Source of the DNA: an uncultured Candidatus Saccharibacteria bacterium
GTDB lineage: Bacteria > Patescibacteriota > Andersenbacteria > UBA10190
Assembly (NCBI GenBank): GCA_964371255.1
Contig: CAYJKV010000006.1
Location: 9,806-73,805 of the forward strand
Reading direction: 5' to 3'
Length of the DNA stretch: 64,000 bases
The notes beneath the pieces were generated by a model. That model searched no databases, had not been told where the DNA came from, and was given only the letters and a program-made list of their open reading frames with translations. The position numbers and the translations under genes are program-made. Position 1 is the first letter of the stretch. Each line of letters opens with the position of its first letter. Positions 48,309 through 59,611 of the stretch are shown one piece after another.

Positions 48309-48828
48309 ATACCTCGAACTTTTTGTTCCGCAGATACCATTCCATTAAATACCCGACGACGATAAACAGGGGCAGGGCGACAAGCGTCCTCGCCAAGGTA
48401 AATTTCAGTCCCAAATATCCTATTTCAATTCCCAGCATCGGAATCTTGAGGGTTGAAAACGCCCCGAGATAAATAAAGATATTTTTCACGCTGGCTCCTT
48501 TCTCGTAAAGAATGTAAGCCACGGGAAATGCGCCATAGAGAGGCCCAGCTTGAAGCGTGGCTAAAACTATTACGGCCAGCATGCCCATGATGCCGGAGTC
48601 CTTGCCAATATATTTTTCTATCTTTTCTTTCGGAAACCAGACATCAAATAAGCCGACAATGATAAACAGAAACGGAATAAAAATGATCATTTCAATAAAC
48701 GATTCGGTAAAACTCCGGTAGATTGTTTTGCCGGGATCAAATCCAAACCAAAAGGAAACGATGCCAAAAACGGCAAAACTCGCGAGCCAAATGTACGGTT
48801 TCATTTTTTGGAATGCTTTCTTGGTCAT
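48295..48828 (-). CDS. Permease half-protein (split two-gene permease, C-terminal module)
   Basis: 5 TM; overlaps its partner by 4 nt (translational coupling). Confidence 0.5.
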   Translation of the reverse strand: MTKKAFQKMKPYIWLASFAVFGIVSFWFGFDPGKTIYRSFTESFIEMIIFIPFLFIIVGLFDVWFPKEKIEKYIGKDSGIMGMLAVIVLATLQAGPLYGAFPVAYILYEKGASVKNIFIYLGAFSTLKIPMLGIEIGYLGLKFTLARTLVALPLFIVVGYLMEWYLRNKKFEVYEVK

Positions 48829-49364
48829 AGAATAATTCCGATTAAAACGCCGATGATAATGGCGGCCGCAAAATTCAAAACATTCCGCAGTATGGCGATC
48901 TTTTTGCCAAAATATTTGGTTTCAAGCGGTAAGGTCACGACTCCGACCATCATCAGCGTTGTCATAAAAACAGCGACTGTGGAATAAGAGGCACCCTGTT
49001 TTACAAGGCTGGCGGCAATCGGATAAGAAATAAATCCGGGGATAAGAGTGATGGAGCCGACAACTGCGGCGATCGCAAATCCGACGACACCCGAACCGGC
49101 TCCCAAGTATTCGGTTATCAGTCGCGGAGGAATAATAAACAGCAATAAGCTGACCAGCATCAGGATATTCAGAAACGGGACGATGATATTTTTAAACATC
49201 CTGAACCCTTTTTTAAAGCCTAGTATTGTCTTATCTTTATCCAACAGGAACGAGACTAAGCTCGTGGAAACTGAGAAGGTGATAAAGATTAAAGCGTTGT
49301 TCATAAAAATATACTTGGGACTAGTTGCAATGCTCGCATTTAAGCTCGATGTTTTTTGATTCAC
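48825..49364 (-). CDS. Permease half-protein (N-terminal module)
   Basis: 5 TM; paired with 48295-48828. Confidence 0.5.
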   Translation of the reverse strand: MNQKTSSLNASIATSPKYIFMNNALIFITFSVSTSLVSFLLDKDKTILGFKKGFRMFKNIIVPFLNILMLVSLLLFIIPPRLITEYLGAGSGVVGFAIAAVVGSITLIPGFISYPIAASLVKQGASYSTVAVFMTTLMMVGVVTLPLETKYFGKKIAILRNVLNFAAAIIIGVLIGIIL

Positions 49365-50208
49365 CCTCGGAGGTCATCTGCAAGGTGGAATGCCTAATGC
49401 GAAATTTTTCTTGCAGTAACTTCTGAACGGCGGAAAGCAATGACCCTCGCTCTCCGGCGTTTAATTCGCCTATTTTCAAATGCGCGCTTAAATATCTATT
49501 GTCCGTTCCAGTCTGCCAGATATGGAGGTCATGGATGCCTTCAACTCCCAACGTCGCCGCCAACGTTTTCTGAACTTCATTGAAATCTATATCAGAAGGC
49601 ACAGAATCAAGCATCATGTTGAGCGACTTAATGACTATCTTATAAATCTCTTTAAGAAGAAAAACGGAGATTAAGATAGACAACGCCGGATCAATCCAAT
49701 TCCAGCCGGTGAAATAAATCGCCACCGCTCCGATAATCACCGCCAAAGAAAAGATGGCATCTTGCAAGGAGTGAAGCCATGCGCTTTTTAAATTTAAGTT
49801 ATTATGGGCATCTTTTTCCAAAAGATACGTAGCGATTCCGTTTCCGATCAGGGCAACGCCAGCAACAACCATCATCTGTACTCCAGCTACCTCCGTCGGA
49901 TGAAACAACCTCTTCACCGCTTCAATGACGATAAAAATCGTGACCGCCAGCAAAATCCCGCCGTTCGTGAAAGCAATAATAACTTCAGCTCGCTTATAGC
50001 CGTAGGTCTTTCGGTCATTGTTAGGCCAAGAAGACATCTTCTCTCCCCACCAGCTTAAAACCATTGACCCGATATCCGTGATGTTATGTAAGGCGTCCGA
50101 GATTAAAGCCATGCTTCGCGAAAGCAGGCCAAAAATAATTTCAAAAATAACTATTCCGATGTTTAGGAAAATTGAAATTGTTAGATTTCTACTGTTGTGC
50201 TTTTCCAT
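49321..50208 (-). CDS. Cation diffusion facilitator (CzcD/ZitB-like) metal efflux protein
   Basis: 6 TM + C-terminal cytoplasmic domain; SDALHNITD motif. Confidence 0.85.
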   Translation of the reverse strand: MEKHNSRNLTISIFLNIGIVIFEIIFGLLSRSMALISDALHNITDIGSMVLSWWGEKMSSWPNNDRKTYGYKRAEVIIAFTNGGILLAVTIFIVIEAVKRLFHPTEVAGVQMMVVAGVALIGNGIATYLLEKDAHNNLNLKSAWLHSLQDAIFSLAVIIGAVAIYFTGWNWIDPALSILISVFLLKEIYKIVIKSLNMMLDSVPSDIDFNEVQKTLAATLGVEGIHDLHIWQTGTDNRYLSAHLKIGELNAGERGSLLSAVQKLLQEKFRIRHSTLQMTSEGESKNIELKCEHCN

Positions 50209-50209
50209 T

Positions 50210-50926
50210 TTAGAGATTTATCAGGTATTGAATGAGATATCGCAGGTAGTAAGCCCCCACTGCCAAAAATGTCACTGCCACTGTATAACGAACAACCTTT
50301 TCAACCTTGCCGACAATGTTGAACACGGCGCTTAAACTCGACACACTATACGCGAGCAGAAGCGACATAACTAGTACTGGTAATGCCGTACCAATAGCAA
50401 ATAGTGGCGCCAGTAGTAATCCGCCGTTAGTCTTAAGCACTAAAGGCACTAAGACACCGAAAAAGAGCACGCCGCTATAAGGACAAAAGGCCAAGGCAAA
50501 TATCATCCCTAGCAATAGCGGACCTAAATACGGCCAAGCCGCCAGTTTTTCTTTCCACCGCTCAATATGATCGCTATGAAGCCGCACTGGCAGTTTAATT
50601 AAGCCCAGCAATACTAATCCGATGAGTATCAACACCGGCCCCAGCACTTTATCGCCCCATCCTACAAAAATACGAGCTACGTTCACTGAAGCAAAACCGG
50701 CATACAGCAAAACCAAAATAAAGGAATACGATAACGCTCGCCCTAATGTGTAAAGCACGCCACTCCAAAGCGTATATTTAGCCGATTGAAGCTTACGCGC
50801 CATAAATGCAACGGCCGTAATATTAGTCGCTAACGGACATGGGCTAATGGAGGTCATTACACCCAACAAAAAAGCGGTTAGAAACGGAATATTGCTCTGC
50901 TCTATGAGCGATGACAGCATCGACAT
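50210..50926 (-). CDS. CcdA/DsbD-type thiol-disulfide transmembrane electron transporter
   Basis: SPCPL redox cysteine motif in TM1; 6-8 TM. Confidence 0.75.
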   Translation of the reverse strand: MSMLSSLIEQSNIPFLTAFLLGVMTSISPCPLATNITAVAFMARKLQSAKYTLWSGVLYTLGRALSYSFILVLLYAGFASVNVARIFVGWGDKVLGPVLILIGLVLLGLIKLPVRLHSDHIERWKEKLAAWPYLGPLLLGMIFALAFCPYSGVLFFGVLVPLVLKTNGGLLLAPLFAIGTALPVLVMSLLLAYSVSSLSAVFNIVGKVEKVVRYTVAVTFLAVGAYYLRYLIQYLINL

Positions 50927-50936
50927 ATATCAACCT

Positions 50937-51467
50937 TTACTCAATGCAACAGTCAATCGCTTTGCGCACCAGGCCACGTAATTTGCCCATGAAGCCCTGC
51001 GGTTCGCTATCATGACGATTCACAGCCTCATCGTCTATCCGCTTCACCTCGCCAATATCAACAGCCTTCATGTTGATGCCCCAGAACAGCGAATAAAGGT
51101 CATACGATTTCTGGAACAAATCCTGCGCCTCTTTTTTATTACCCATTGCTTCCTGTTTGGTTCCTACCTCCATTAAGCGCATAGAAGCCGCCAGTAAATG
51201 TTTTGAGATACACCACACTTCACCTTCGTACTCTTGAATGAGTTGTTTTAATAACGCTTTGCGCATGTCGCGCACTTCCTTAAGCAAGTCGTAGTACTCC
51301 GGCTTGCCCGTTTTCGCACCGGTGAAGAAAAAGTGCTCTTCGATACTGACCAGGTTCATGATAGCAATACTCAAATCCTGGTCGGACGACAAGTCCATCT
51401 TGTCTTTCTTTTTACTCTCCATGACTTTTTCGACAAATTGCTCCACATCGAGTGTTGGTTTTTGCAT
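50937..51467 (-). CDS. Hypothetical soluble protein
   Basis: Intact ORF in the operon; no motif recognised. Confidence 0.4.
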   Translation of the reverse strand: MQKPTLDVEQFVEKVMESKKKDKMDLSSDQDLSIAIMNLVSIEEHFFFTGAKTGKPEYYDLLKEVRDMRKALLKQLIQEYEGEVWCISKHLLAASMRLMEVGTKQEAMGNKKEAQDLFQKSYDLYSLFWGINMKAVDIGEVKRIDDEAVNRHDSEPQGFMGKLRGLVRKAIDCCIE

Positions 51468-51474
51468 AGTGGTT

Positions 51475-52035
51475 TTATGAATTAGTGATGAAATAAAAAA
51501 TGATGCTTAGGATAACGAGTGGCAACGTGGGCATAACCACCTTCTGAAACGGAAAATACGCGTGCCCGTAGTTACGCTGCTTGAGCGCATAATAAAGCGA
51601 GCCGCCAAGCCAAAATGCCACGCTGCCGACAACCACACCAACCAATAGTTTATCAATCCCCCAGAGCGTATTGAATGGATGGCCGATAATGCCGCCCCAA
51701 TACAGCGGCACAAGAGTTAGAAGGTAATAACCAACCGTCACAATTAGCGCATCACCACGGAACCGCCACGTTTTCTTAGCAAGCCAATTCATCGTCCACA
51801 TCGTAAACGAAACTATCAGACCACCTACCCATAAGCCAGATACCGTATCATCAATGCCAAGCCAACGTGATAGTCCTAAACCAGCACCTACCGCCACCGT
51901 ACATACCGGACACACGGCTTGAGCCGCTTGTCCGAAGCCAGCCCATACTATCATTGCTAATACTAACAATAAGAAATTATATATTTTCATAAAGTTTGTC
52001 GTTAAAGAACTTTTTAATATCTTCATCACCGACAT
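51475..52035 (-). CDS. Membrane protein with CPVC motif
   Basis: 5 TM; periplasmic-side CPVC pair; possible thiol-redox or metal-handling role. Confidence 0.4.
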   Translation of the reverse strand: MSVMKILKSSLTTNFMKIYNFLLLVLAMIVWAGFGQAAQAVCPVCTVAVGAGLGLSRWLGIDDTVSGLWVGGLIVSFTMWTMNWLAKKTWRFRGDALIVTVGYYLLTLVPLYWGGIIGHPFNTLWGIDKLLVGVVVGSVAFWLGGSLYYALKQRNYGHAYFPFQKVVMPTLPLVILSIIFYFITNS

Positions 52036-52765
52036 AACAAATATCGTTAGCCCACAAAAATGGCACGCCGACAGCGCCGCCAGGAATATCGCACGCTAAC
52101 GCTTTCTCCTCCAGCAGCGTCGCGTTATCGCGACTATGGTAAACTTCACGTTTTTCAAACGTGACTTTTTCCGCAACTTTATTCTCTTCTAAATACTGGT
52201 CAAGAATGGCGCAATGCGGACACCCATCACCGAAGAATAAAATGATATCTGACGCGATCGGGGTTGTGCTTACTTCCATTGCTGCAGCAGTTGGTAATAA
52301 CAGGGTGAGTTTTTGAGTAAGGTAGCTTTCGAAGGCTGGCTCGTCTGAGAGTAATTGCCACACTTTGGTATCTTGTTCAATATGATCAACCCCCGACGCG
52401 ACAGCGTTTACATAAAGGGAGGAGCCATATGCCATGTATTTTTGGGCAATATTTTTATTTTCCGGTAAATCAACATTTACTTCTTGAAAGGTCATGCGTC
52501 CAGCAGCTAAGTCCTGCGCAAAATTCTTTTGGATCGTTTGTGAGGTAAGCTTGCTCAACATCAAACACGAGGAGCACCGTTGTGTGGCGTGAAAATACAC
52601 CACGTCCACGCGGTCAGAAAGTTGTGCGGACTTGCTCATGTTTTCACCCGCAATGACCGCGGGGGTTACTTCTGGAGACATGCCGCCATCTCTTGTCCCT
52701 GCCCACCATACGAACACCGCCAATATCCCAACTACACCTACAATTGGCAGATATTTATTATTCAT
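51977..52765 (-). CDS. Membrane-anchored thioredoxin-fold protein (CxxC)
   Basis: N-terminal TM; CPHC and RCSSC motifs in thioredoxin-like modules. Confidence 0.55.
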   Translation of the reverse strand: MNNKYLPIVGVVGILAVFVWWAGTRDGGMSPEVTPAVIAGENMSKSAQLSDRVDVVYFHATQRCSSCLMLSKLTSQTIQKNFAQDLAAGRMTFQEVNVDLPENKNIAQKYMAYGSSLYVNAVASGVDHIEQDTKVWQLLSDEPAFESYLTQKLTLLLPTAAAMEVSTTPIASDIILFFGDGCPHCAILDQYLEENKVAEKVTFEKREVYHSRDNATLLEEKALACDIPGGAVGVPFLWANDICYVGDEDIKKFFNDKLYENI

Positions 52766-53007
52766 GCGGATAGGGAACTTAAAATCGTTTTCGCTTCATC
52801 CACACTCGCCACCTTGCCCGCCAATTTAACTTCTTCGTCAATAACTAGCGCCGGAGCAGACATAATACCGTAGCTTACGATGTCGGCGATGTTGGTGACT
52901 TTTTCAAAGATAGCGTCGTCAATGCCAAGCTCTTTAGCCGCCTGCCTGACGTTCTCCTCAAGTCTCTGACAACTGGGACAACCAGTGCCTAATATTTTAA
53001 TGTTCAT
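52762..53007 (-). CDS. Small thioredoxin-family protein (redox-active disulfide protein 2 type)
   Basis: MNIKILGTGCPSCQRL N-terminal CxxC; 81 aa. Confidence 0.65.
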   Translation of the reverse strand: MNIKILGTGCPSCQRLEENVRQAAKELGIDDAIFEKVTNIADIVSYGIMSAPALVIDEEVKLAGKVASVDEAKTILSSLSA

Positions 53008-53317
53008 GGGTTTTAATTATGGAATTAAATAACGCCAAATGTTCGCGCATGGCTTTGTCATGCACGGAATAATAGACGAACGACCCGTCCTTGCGCTCGG
53101 CAACTAAGGATAGTTTCTTCAGTTTAGCCAGATGGTGCGATACCAGGTTTTGTGGTAGTTGCAGTGTCTCAACCATCTCACAAACGCAGTGTTCTTTCTG
53201 GCTCAAAAAACACAAAATGCGCAGTCGATTAACATCAGCAAGCAGTTTTAAAAACTCCCGTAACTTGGTCAGGCGAACGGCCTTTTGGGATTGCGGTTGT
53301 GAGCAGGTGAGAGACAT
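52997..53317 (-). CDS. ArsR/SmtB family transcriptional regulator (second copy)
   Basis: HCVCEMVETL...SHHLAKL HTH. Confidence 0.8.
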   Translation of the reverse strand: MSLTCSQPQSQKAVRLTKLREFLKLLADVNRLRILCFLSQKEHCVCEMVETLQLPQNLVSHHLAKLKKLSLVAERKDGSFVYYSVHDKAMREHLALFNSIIKTHEH

Positions 53318-53562
53318 GAGATATCAACGAGTGTTGATATCTTAGCACGATTACATATTCATAAGCAAATCACGACCGGTACGACCCCCTTATGTTCAAC
53401 TTATGGCCATACCATTTACTGCTAACGGAAGCAGTGCAACAAACGACGAGTCAAAAAATTGAGCCCAATTTCGACACCAGGTTTTTGTTTTGCATAAAAA
53501 TAGAATAAGATTCAAACTACTCAAAATCTATATGGGTGGGTCGATTTGGCCCAAAAAAGTTC

Positions 53563-53579
53563 GGCGGAGAGGGTGGGAT
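53563..53579. repeat. 17-bp duplicate (ggcggagagggtgggat) of the tRNA-Ser 3' end
   Basis: Exact 17-mer also at 53936-53952 inside the tRNA-Ser gene; att-like. Confidence 0.8.
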
Positions 53580-53597
53580 GCTTCGACAGGCTCAGTA

Positions 53598-53897
53598 TTA
53601 TGCCTCACCCTCTTTCAACAACTCACGACTCTTGCTCAATCTTACGATTAAATCATTATCATTTGCAATCAGAGCTTTCTTCTTTGCGACAGACCACCCC
53701 TTCAGCTGTCTTTCTCTTAACTTGGCATCTTTAGAATTTTGAAATTTTTCACTATAAACCAAGACAATATCAGAAAACTTTTTTGTGTAAGGAGAATACT
53801 TTTTCTTATGCTCATTCATTCTGCGTTTTAAGTCGTCTGTAAAACCAACATAAAAAGTTTTCTGATTGCAAAGAAGAATATAAACAAACCACGGCAT
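53598..53897 (-). CDS. GIY-YIG nuclease-domain protein (homing-endonuclease-like, ~100 aa)
   Basis: WFVYILLCNQKTFYVGFTDDLKRRMNEHK (GIY...YIG, R, E); start taken at the internal Met to avoid the tRNA. Confidence 0.7.
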   Translation of the reverse strand: MPWFVYILLCNQKTFYVGFTDDLKRRMNEHKKKYSPYTKKFSDIVLVYSEKFQNSKDAKLRERQLKGWSVAKKKALIANDNDLIVRLSKSRELLKEGEA

Positions 53898-53937
53898 GTA
53901 TATATTATCCGCAAGAGCCCTGAGCTTGTCGAAGGGC

Positions 53938-54024
53938 GGAGAGGGTGGGATTCGAACCCACGGTCCGTGTGAACGGACTCCGGTTTTCAAGACCGGTGCA
54001 CTAGTCCACTATGCGACCTCTCCA
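53938..54024 (-). tRNA. tRNA-Ser(UGA)
   Basis: Minus strand folds into a cloverleaf GGAGAGG...anticodon loop CU-UGA-AA...long variable arm...T arm GTGGG-TTCGAAT-CCCAC-CCTCTCC-G. Confidence 0.85.
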
Positions 54025-54208
54025 ACGTCAGCACTATACACATATTCTATCTCGCTATCAAACACACAAAAAACGGTTAACAGAACTTTCTTACTACATT
54101 AAAATGACCCGTTGCAATACCTCGCCTCTTTTCTGAAAATGTCTTCCTTTTTTATTTACCAATTTCAGTCACGCCGAAAAACCAGTTAGCAACCACGCAC
54201 CTTTCCTC

Positions 54209-55654
54209 TCAAACCTTTACGACCCTGACTGCCGGCTCATAACTGTTTGATCCGCTCTTTAACCCCGACACTACAATCACCCGCCCGGTCATCTTATTGC
54301 TCAGTTCTTTTCTTATGATCTGCCAGGCTCGTTGCACCATTTTATCCGGTTCTGCATAACCCTCCACATAAATCGGCTGTGCTCCCCAACTTAACTTCAA
54401 CTGCCTTTGCACGCCCGCGCTATCCGTTACCGCCAGAATGGGTATTTCCGGCCGGAAGCGCGCTATGGCCCGTGCTGAATAGCCTGATCTAGTCGTCACC
54501 AAAATAGCTGCCGCCTGTATCTGTCTGGCCAGTTCCACTGCCCCGGCCGCGACCGCCAGTTGCGTCGGCGCTCCCTGCATACCATACTCTGGCTTTAAAT
54601 TATCCAGTGGCGATTCTTCGGTCGCTTCAATTATATCCGCCATAGTTCTCACGCTGCGTACCGGATACCGGCCCATCGCTGTTTCTTCGGACAGCATTAG
54701 CGCGTCGGCGTGGTCAATCACAGCATTCGCCACATCCGATACTTCCGCTCTTGTCGGACGAGGCTTAAGCGTCATCGAGGACAACATATGCGTGGCCACC
54801 ACCACCGGTTTCGCCGCCACCAAACATTTTGCTATCAGTTCTTTTTGCATCACCGGCACACGGGCCATCGTCGTTTCCAGTCCGAGGTCGCCTCGGGCTA
54901 CCATTACCCCGTCTGCTTCCTCTAAAATGCTGTCAAAATTATCCACCGCTTCCTTCTTTTCAATTTTGGCAATTACCTGCGGCAGCTCGACGCTGTCTCC
55001 GCACAAGTCTTTGATTCGTTTTTTAAGCCGCCGCACGTCTTCCGCTGTCCGCACAAACGATAACGCAACCATATCCACATTATTATTAATCCCCAGCACT
55101 AAATCTTCCTTGTCTTTTTCCGTAAATCCCTCTATCGACAACGCTCGATTCGGTACCGTCAATCCCCGATAAGATATCAGCGTTCCTCCCACTATCACTT
55201 TAGTCAGGACCCTTCTGCCTTCCACCGCCATTACTTCTAATTCCAATAATCCGTCACTGAGCAGAATAGCGTCGCCCCGCTTCACTTCTTTCGCCAACGC
55301 GCTATAAGGCACAGGTACCTGCCCCTCTTCTGCCCGATCCGTACCGGCCACTAATACGAGCATTGATTCATCCAGCAACTCCAGCCCTTCTTCCGGCAAA
55401 CTCCCGACTCGCAGTTTAGCTCCTTGCAAATCTTGCATAATAGCGACCGTTCGCTTTTCTTTGGCTGCCGCGGCCCGTAACTTTTGTAATAATGCGAAAT
55501 TGGTCTCCGCGCTCCCGTGGGAAAAATTAATTCGCGCCACATCCACCCCTGCTTTTAGCATCTCTCTCAATGTTCCTTCCGCGTTGCACGCCGGACCTAA
55601 AGTGGCGACAATTTTCGTCCGATTAATCACTTCGTTCTTTTGTTTCCTCTTCAT
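54209..55654 (-). CDS. pyk: Pyruvate kinase
   Basis: TKIVATLGPA N-terminus; MVARGDLG; full-length PK. Confidence 0.9.
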   Translation of the reverse strand: MKRKQKNEVINRTKIVATLGPACNAEGTLREMLKAGVDVARINFSHGSAETNFALLQKLRAAAAKEKRTVAIMQDLQGAKLRVGSLPEEGLELLDESMLVLVAGTDRAEEGQVPVPYSALAKEVKRGDAILLSDGLLELEVMAVEGRRVLTKVIVGGTLISYRGLTVPNRALSIEGFTEKDKEDLVLGINNNVDMVALSFVRTAEDVRRLKKRIKDLCGDSVELPQVIAKIEKKEAVDNFDSILEEADGVMVARGDLGLETTMARVPVMQKELIAKCLVAAKPVVVATHMLSSMTLKPRPTRAEVSDVANAVIDHADALMLSEETAMGRYPVRSVRTMADIIEATEESPLDNLKPEYGMQGAPTQLAVAAGAVELARQIQAAAILVTTRSGYSARAIARFRPEIPILAVTDSAGVQRQLKLSWGAQPIYVEGYAEPDKMVQRAWQIIRKELSNKMTGRVIVVSGLKSGSNSYEPAVRVVKV

Positions 55655-55718
55655 CTTGAAATTTTACCATACCTTAAATCGGACCGCTTCTCATCGGCCC
55701 AATCATCGCCTCTCCAAA

Positions 55719-56036
55719 TTAAATGCGAAATTTACCGGCTAAATCTCCCAGCCAAGGTATCTTCCAGCTCTTGCCCATCAAGGCCTGCACTAACGCAATT
55801 ATATCCACAATCATCACGCCCAGAAATAATAGGTTGCCGACCGCCTGAATCCAAGCTGAGGCCAATAAAGATATAATCAATACACCGAGCACTACCAATC
55901 CTTGCCTGATGTGCCAATTAATAAAAGGGTCTTCTCTTCGCACCAGCATGGGTACCAGCACCAAAACACCCACATAACACAGCGCCGCAAAGAGATTTTT
56001 TTCCTCCATGTCCAATATCGGTTTTTCTTCTGCCAT
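55719..56036 (-). CDS. Small membrane protein (DUF4870-like)
   Basis: 2-3 TM; FAALCYVGVLVLVPMLV pattern. Confidence 0.4.
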   Translation of the reverse strand: MAEEKPILDMEEKNLFAALCYVGVLVLVPMLVRREDPFINWHIRQGLVVLGVLIISLLASAWIQAVGNLLFLGVMIVDIIALVQALMGKSWKIPWLGDLAGKFRI

Positions 56037-56155
56037 ATATCAATAATATAACATTACCAAAGTTTACCGCTACTTAAGGCTACTGTTGCTCCCGGCCACT
56101 TCCCCTAAATAAAAATTTCCCCGACCGGGGAAATTTTTATTGCTCATTGCGGCTG

Positions 56156-57835
<1,680 letters not shown>

Positions 57836-57857
57836 TTAGAAATTATAAATTATAAAA

Positions 57858-58151
57858 TTAGTCTCTGATTACACCCAGAATTTTATCTTCCTCGATGACC
57901 AGGTATTCTTCCTTGTCAATTTCCACCTCATCCGGTGCGTACTTGGTAAACAAAACCTTATCGCCCTTTTTAACGCTCATTGGCGCTGTCTGTCCATTTT
58001 CCAGGCGCTTGCCCGGACCAGCCGCCACAACTTCTCCCTGCATCGGTTTTTCTTTATCTACGGTATCCGGCAGGACAATCCCGGAAGCCGTGACCTCTTC
58101 CGCATCCAGCGGTTTTACAACAACCTTGTCGTATAGTGGTTCGATTTTCAT
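57858..58151 (-). CDS. groES: Co-chaperonin GroES
   Basis: [14 protein letters not shown]...; 97 aa; directly upstream of groEL. Confidence 0.95.
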   Translation of the reverse strand: MKIEPLYDKVVVKPLDAEEVTASGIVLPDTVDKEKPMQGEVVAAGPGKRLENGQTAPMSVKKGDKVLFTKYAPDEVEIDKEEYLVIEEDKILGVIRD

Positions 58152-58422
58152 ATTTTTTACTTTTTTAATAATTAGTTAATGAACCTTTATTTATAATAAA
58201 TATTTAGCCGCTAAGCAAGTCTCCTGACATTATCTGGACCCGCTCAACGCTATTTAGCACTCTATCACCATGACTGCTAACACGCAAGAGGGTAAAGCGC
58301 GTGTTCTTCCGTTTCCCCCTTTCCGCCCGACTATCTTAGAAAATTCCAATAAAAAAAGCCCGGTACGTTTCCGTACAGGGCAAAATGCGAAGTGTCCAAG
58401 GACCAGGACCTAGAGAAAAAAC

Positions 58423-59124
58423 CTAAGCACTGATACTTGCGGGCGAAACGACCGAGCAGTCCCGAACGCACCAACTGCACCCAAGCCAGCGGCAGCGCCA
58501 GTACCAGTAATCATTAACCCAGCACAAGTAAAGCACGCGGCGGTCATTGTTCGGGCCGAGCAGGACAAGCCCGAGGAAGTCAAGGTAGGTAATACCCTGA
58601 GTCAGGCGCAAATGCTCGAGCACACTGTCGGCACTGTTCTTCTGGTAATCCTCCCACAAAGCCAGAAACTGGTTGCCGCCGTGGCGGATGAGTTGGGGGT
58701 AGTCTCCCTTAAGCCGACGCAGTTCTTCTTCTCCTTTGATCGGACCATCTCCTTCTTTGATACAGGTCAGGAATTGGCATTTGGAGTAGTCTACTTGTGT
58801 CAGATTATAGGCGCGCTCATCCCGTTCCAATTCTTTCCAACCTTCGCCGAGGAAAGCGACGGGATCGAACTGTTTGGAGCAGTTGAGAACCAAGTTGGTT
58901 CTAACTAACTTATAGTCACCGGATAGAAACAATCTGAAAGGGGTAGGGGGAGGCAGTCTTCCCGCCGTCTTTGCTTCCCTAAGCGCCGTAAAATATCCGC
59001 CCTCCAGTAGCTCCTGAGCTTCTTGTGTAGAAAGTCCCTCCAGTTGTTCAAATAACTTCTTGCCTTGTCCGGACACAGTCACATCAATCGAAAAGGGGTT
59101 CGAACTCATACGAACGTCCTCCAT
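58423..59124 (-). CDS. Hypothetical protein
   Basis: Intact ORF; Trp/Cys-rich C-terminus; no motif recognised. Confidence 0.4.
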   Translation of the reverse strand: MEDVRMSSNPFSIDVTVSGQGKKLFEQLEGLSTQEAQELLEGGYFTALREAKTAGRLPPPTPFRLFLSGDYKLVRTNLVLNCSKQFDPVAFLGEGWKELERDERAYNLTQVDYSKCQFLTCIKEGDGPIKGEEELRRLKGDYPQLIRHGGNQFLALWEDYQKNSADSVLEHLRLTQGITYLDFLGLVLLGPNNDRRVLYLCWVNDYWYWRCRWLGCSWCVRDCSVVSPASISA

Positions 59125-59611
59125 TTTGGGGCTTATTTAGCTTAAATACGCTTAAACCAAACAAGCGTCCAGGTTGTAAAAAGAACCAACACGAGACAGT
59201 CTGATCTCTATAATCTTATCTAACCCATAACACAACCCCGGATACTACACCCATATAAAGTCCGTGTCTATATTAATAATCTTACCCACTAACACACCTC
59301 CTCATTCGCACTTTTTGTCATTTGGCATTAGTTATTGAATTGCCCGCCGGCCGACTTGTCGTCCGAAGCCTTGGCGAAGGATGAAGCTCCGCCAGCTGGA
59401 GAAGACGGAGGCGGGCAAAACGGGATGAATGCCTTTGCGACTCTGCTTCTGAGTTTGTTTATGGTGTTTTGAGGAACTTTCAGTTTTACATTGTTATTTT
59501 TCGCTATTCGTTTTACGTTTTTCGTTATTTCTGATTTGTTTTCCCAAAGAGATCTCTTAGGGAAAATTGAGGTTTTGGCGTTAGGATTTCTCCAGTTTCG
59601 TGCTTCGGATT

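Noticed and set aside
53598-53990. Longer 130-aa version of the GIY-YIG ORF
   Set aside because: The N-terminal extension runs into the tRNA-Ser gene. The GIY-YIG motif begins right after the internal Met at 53897.
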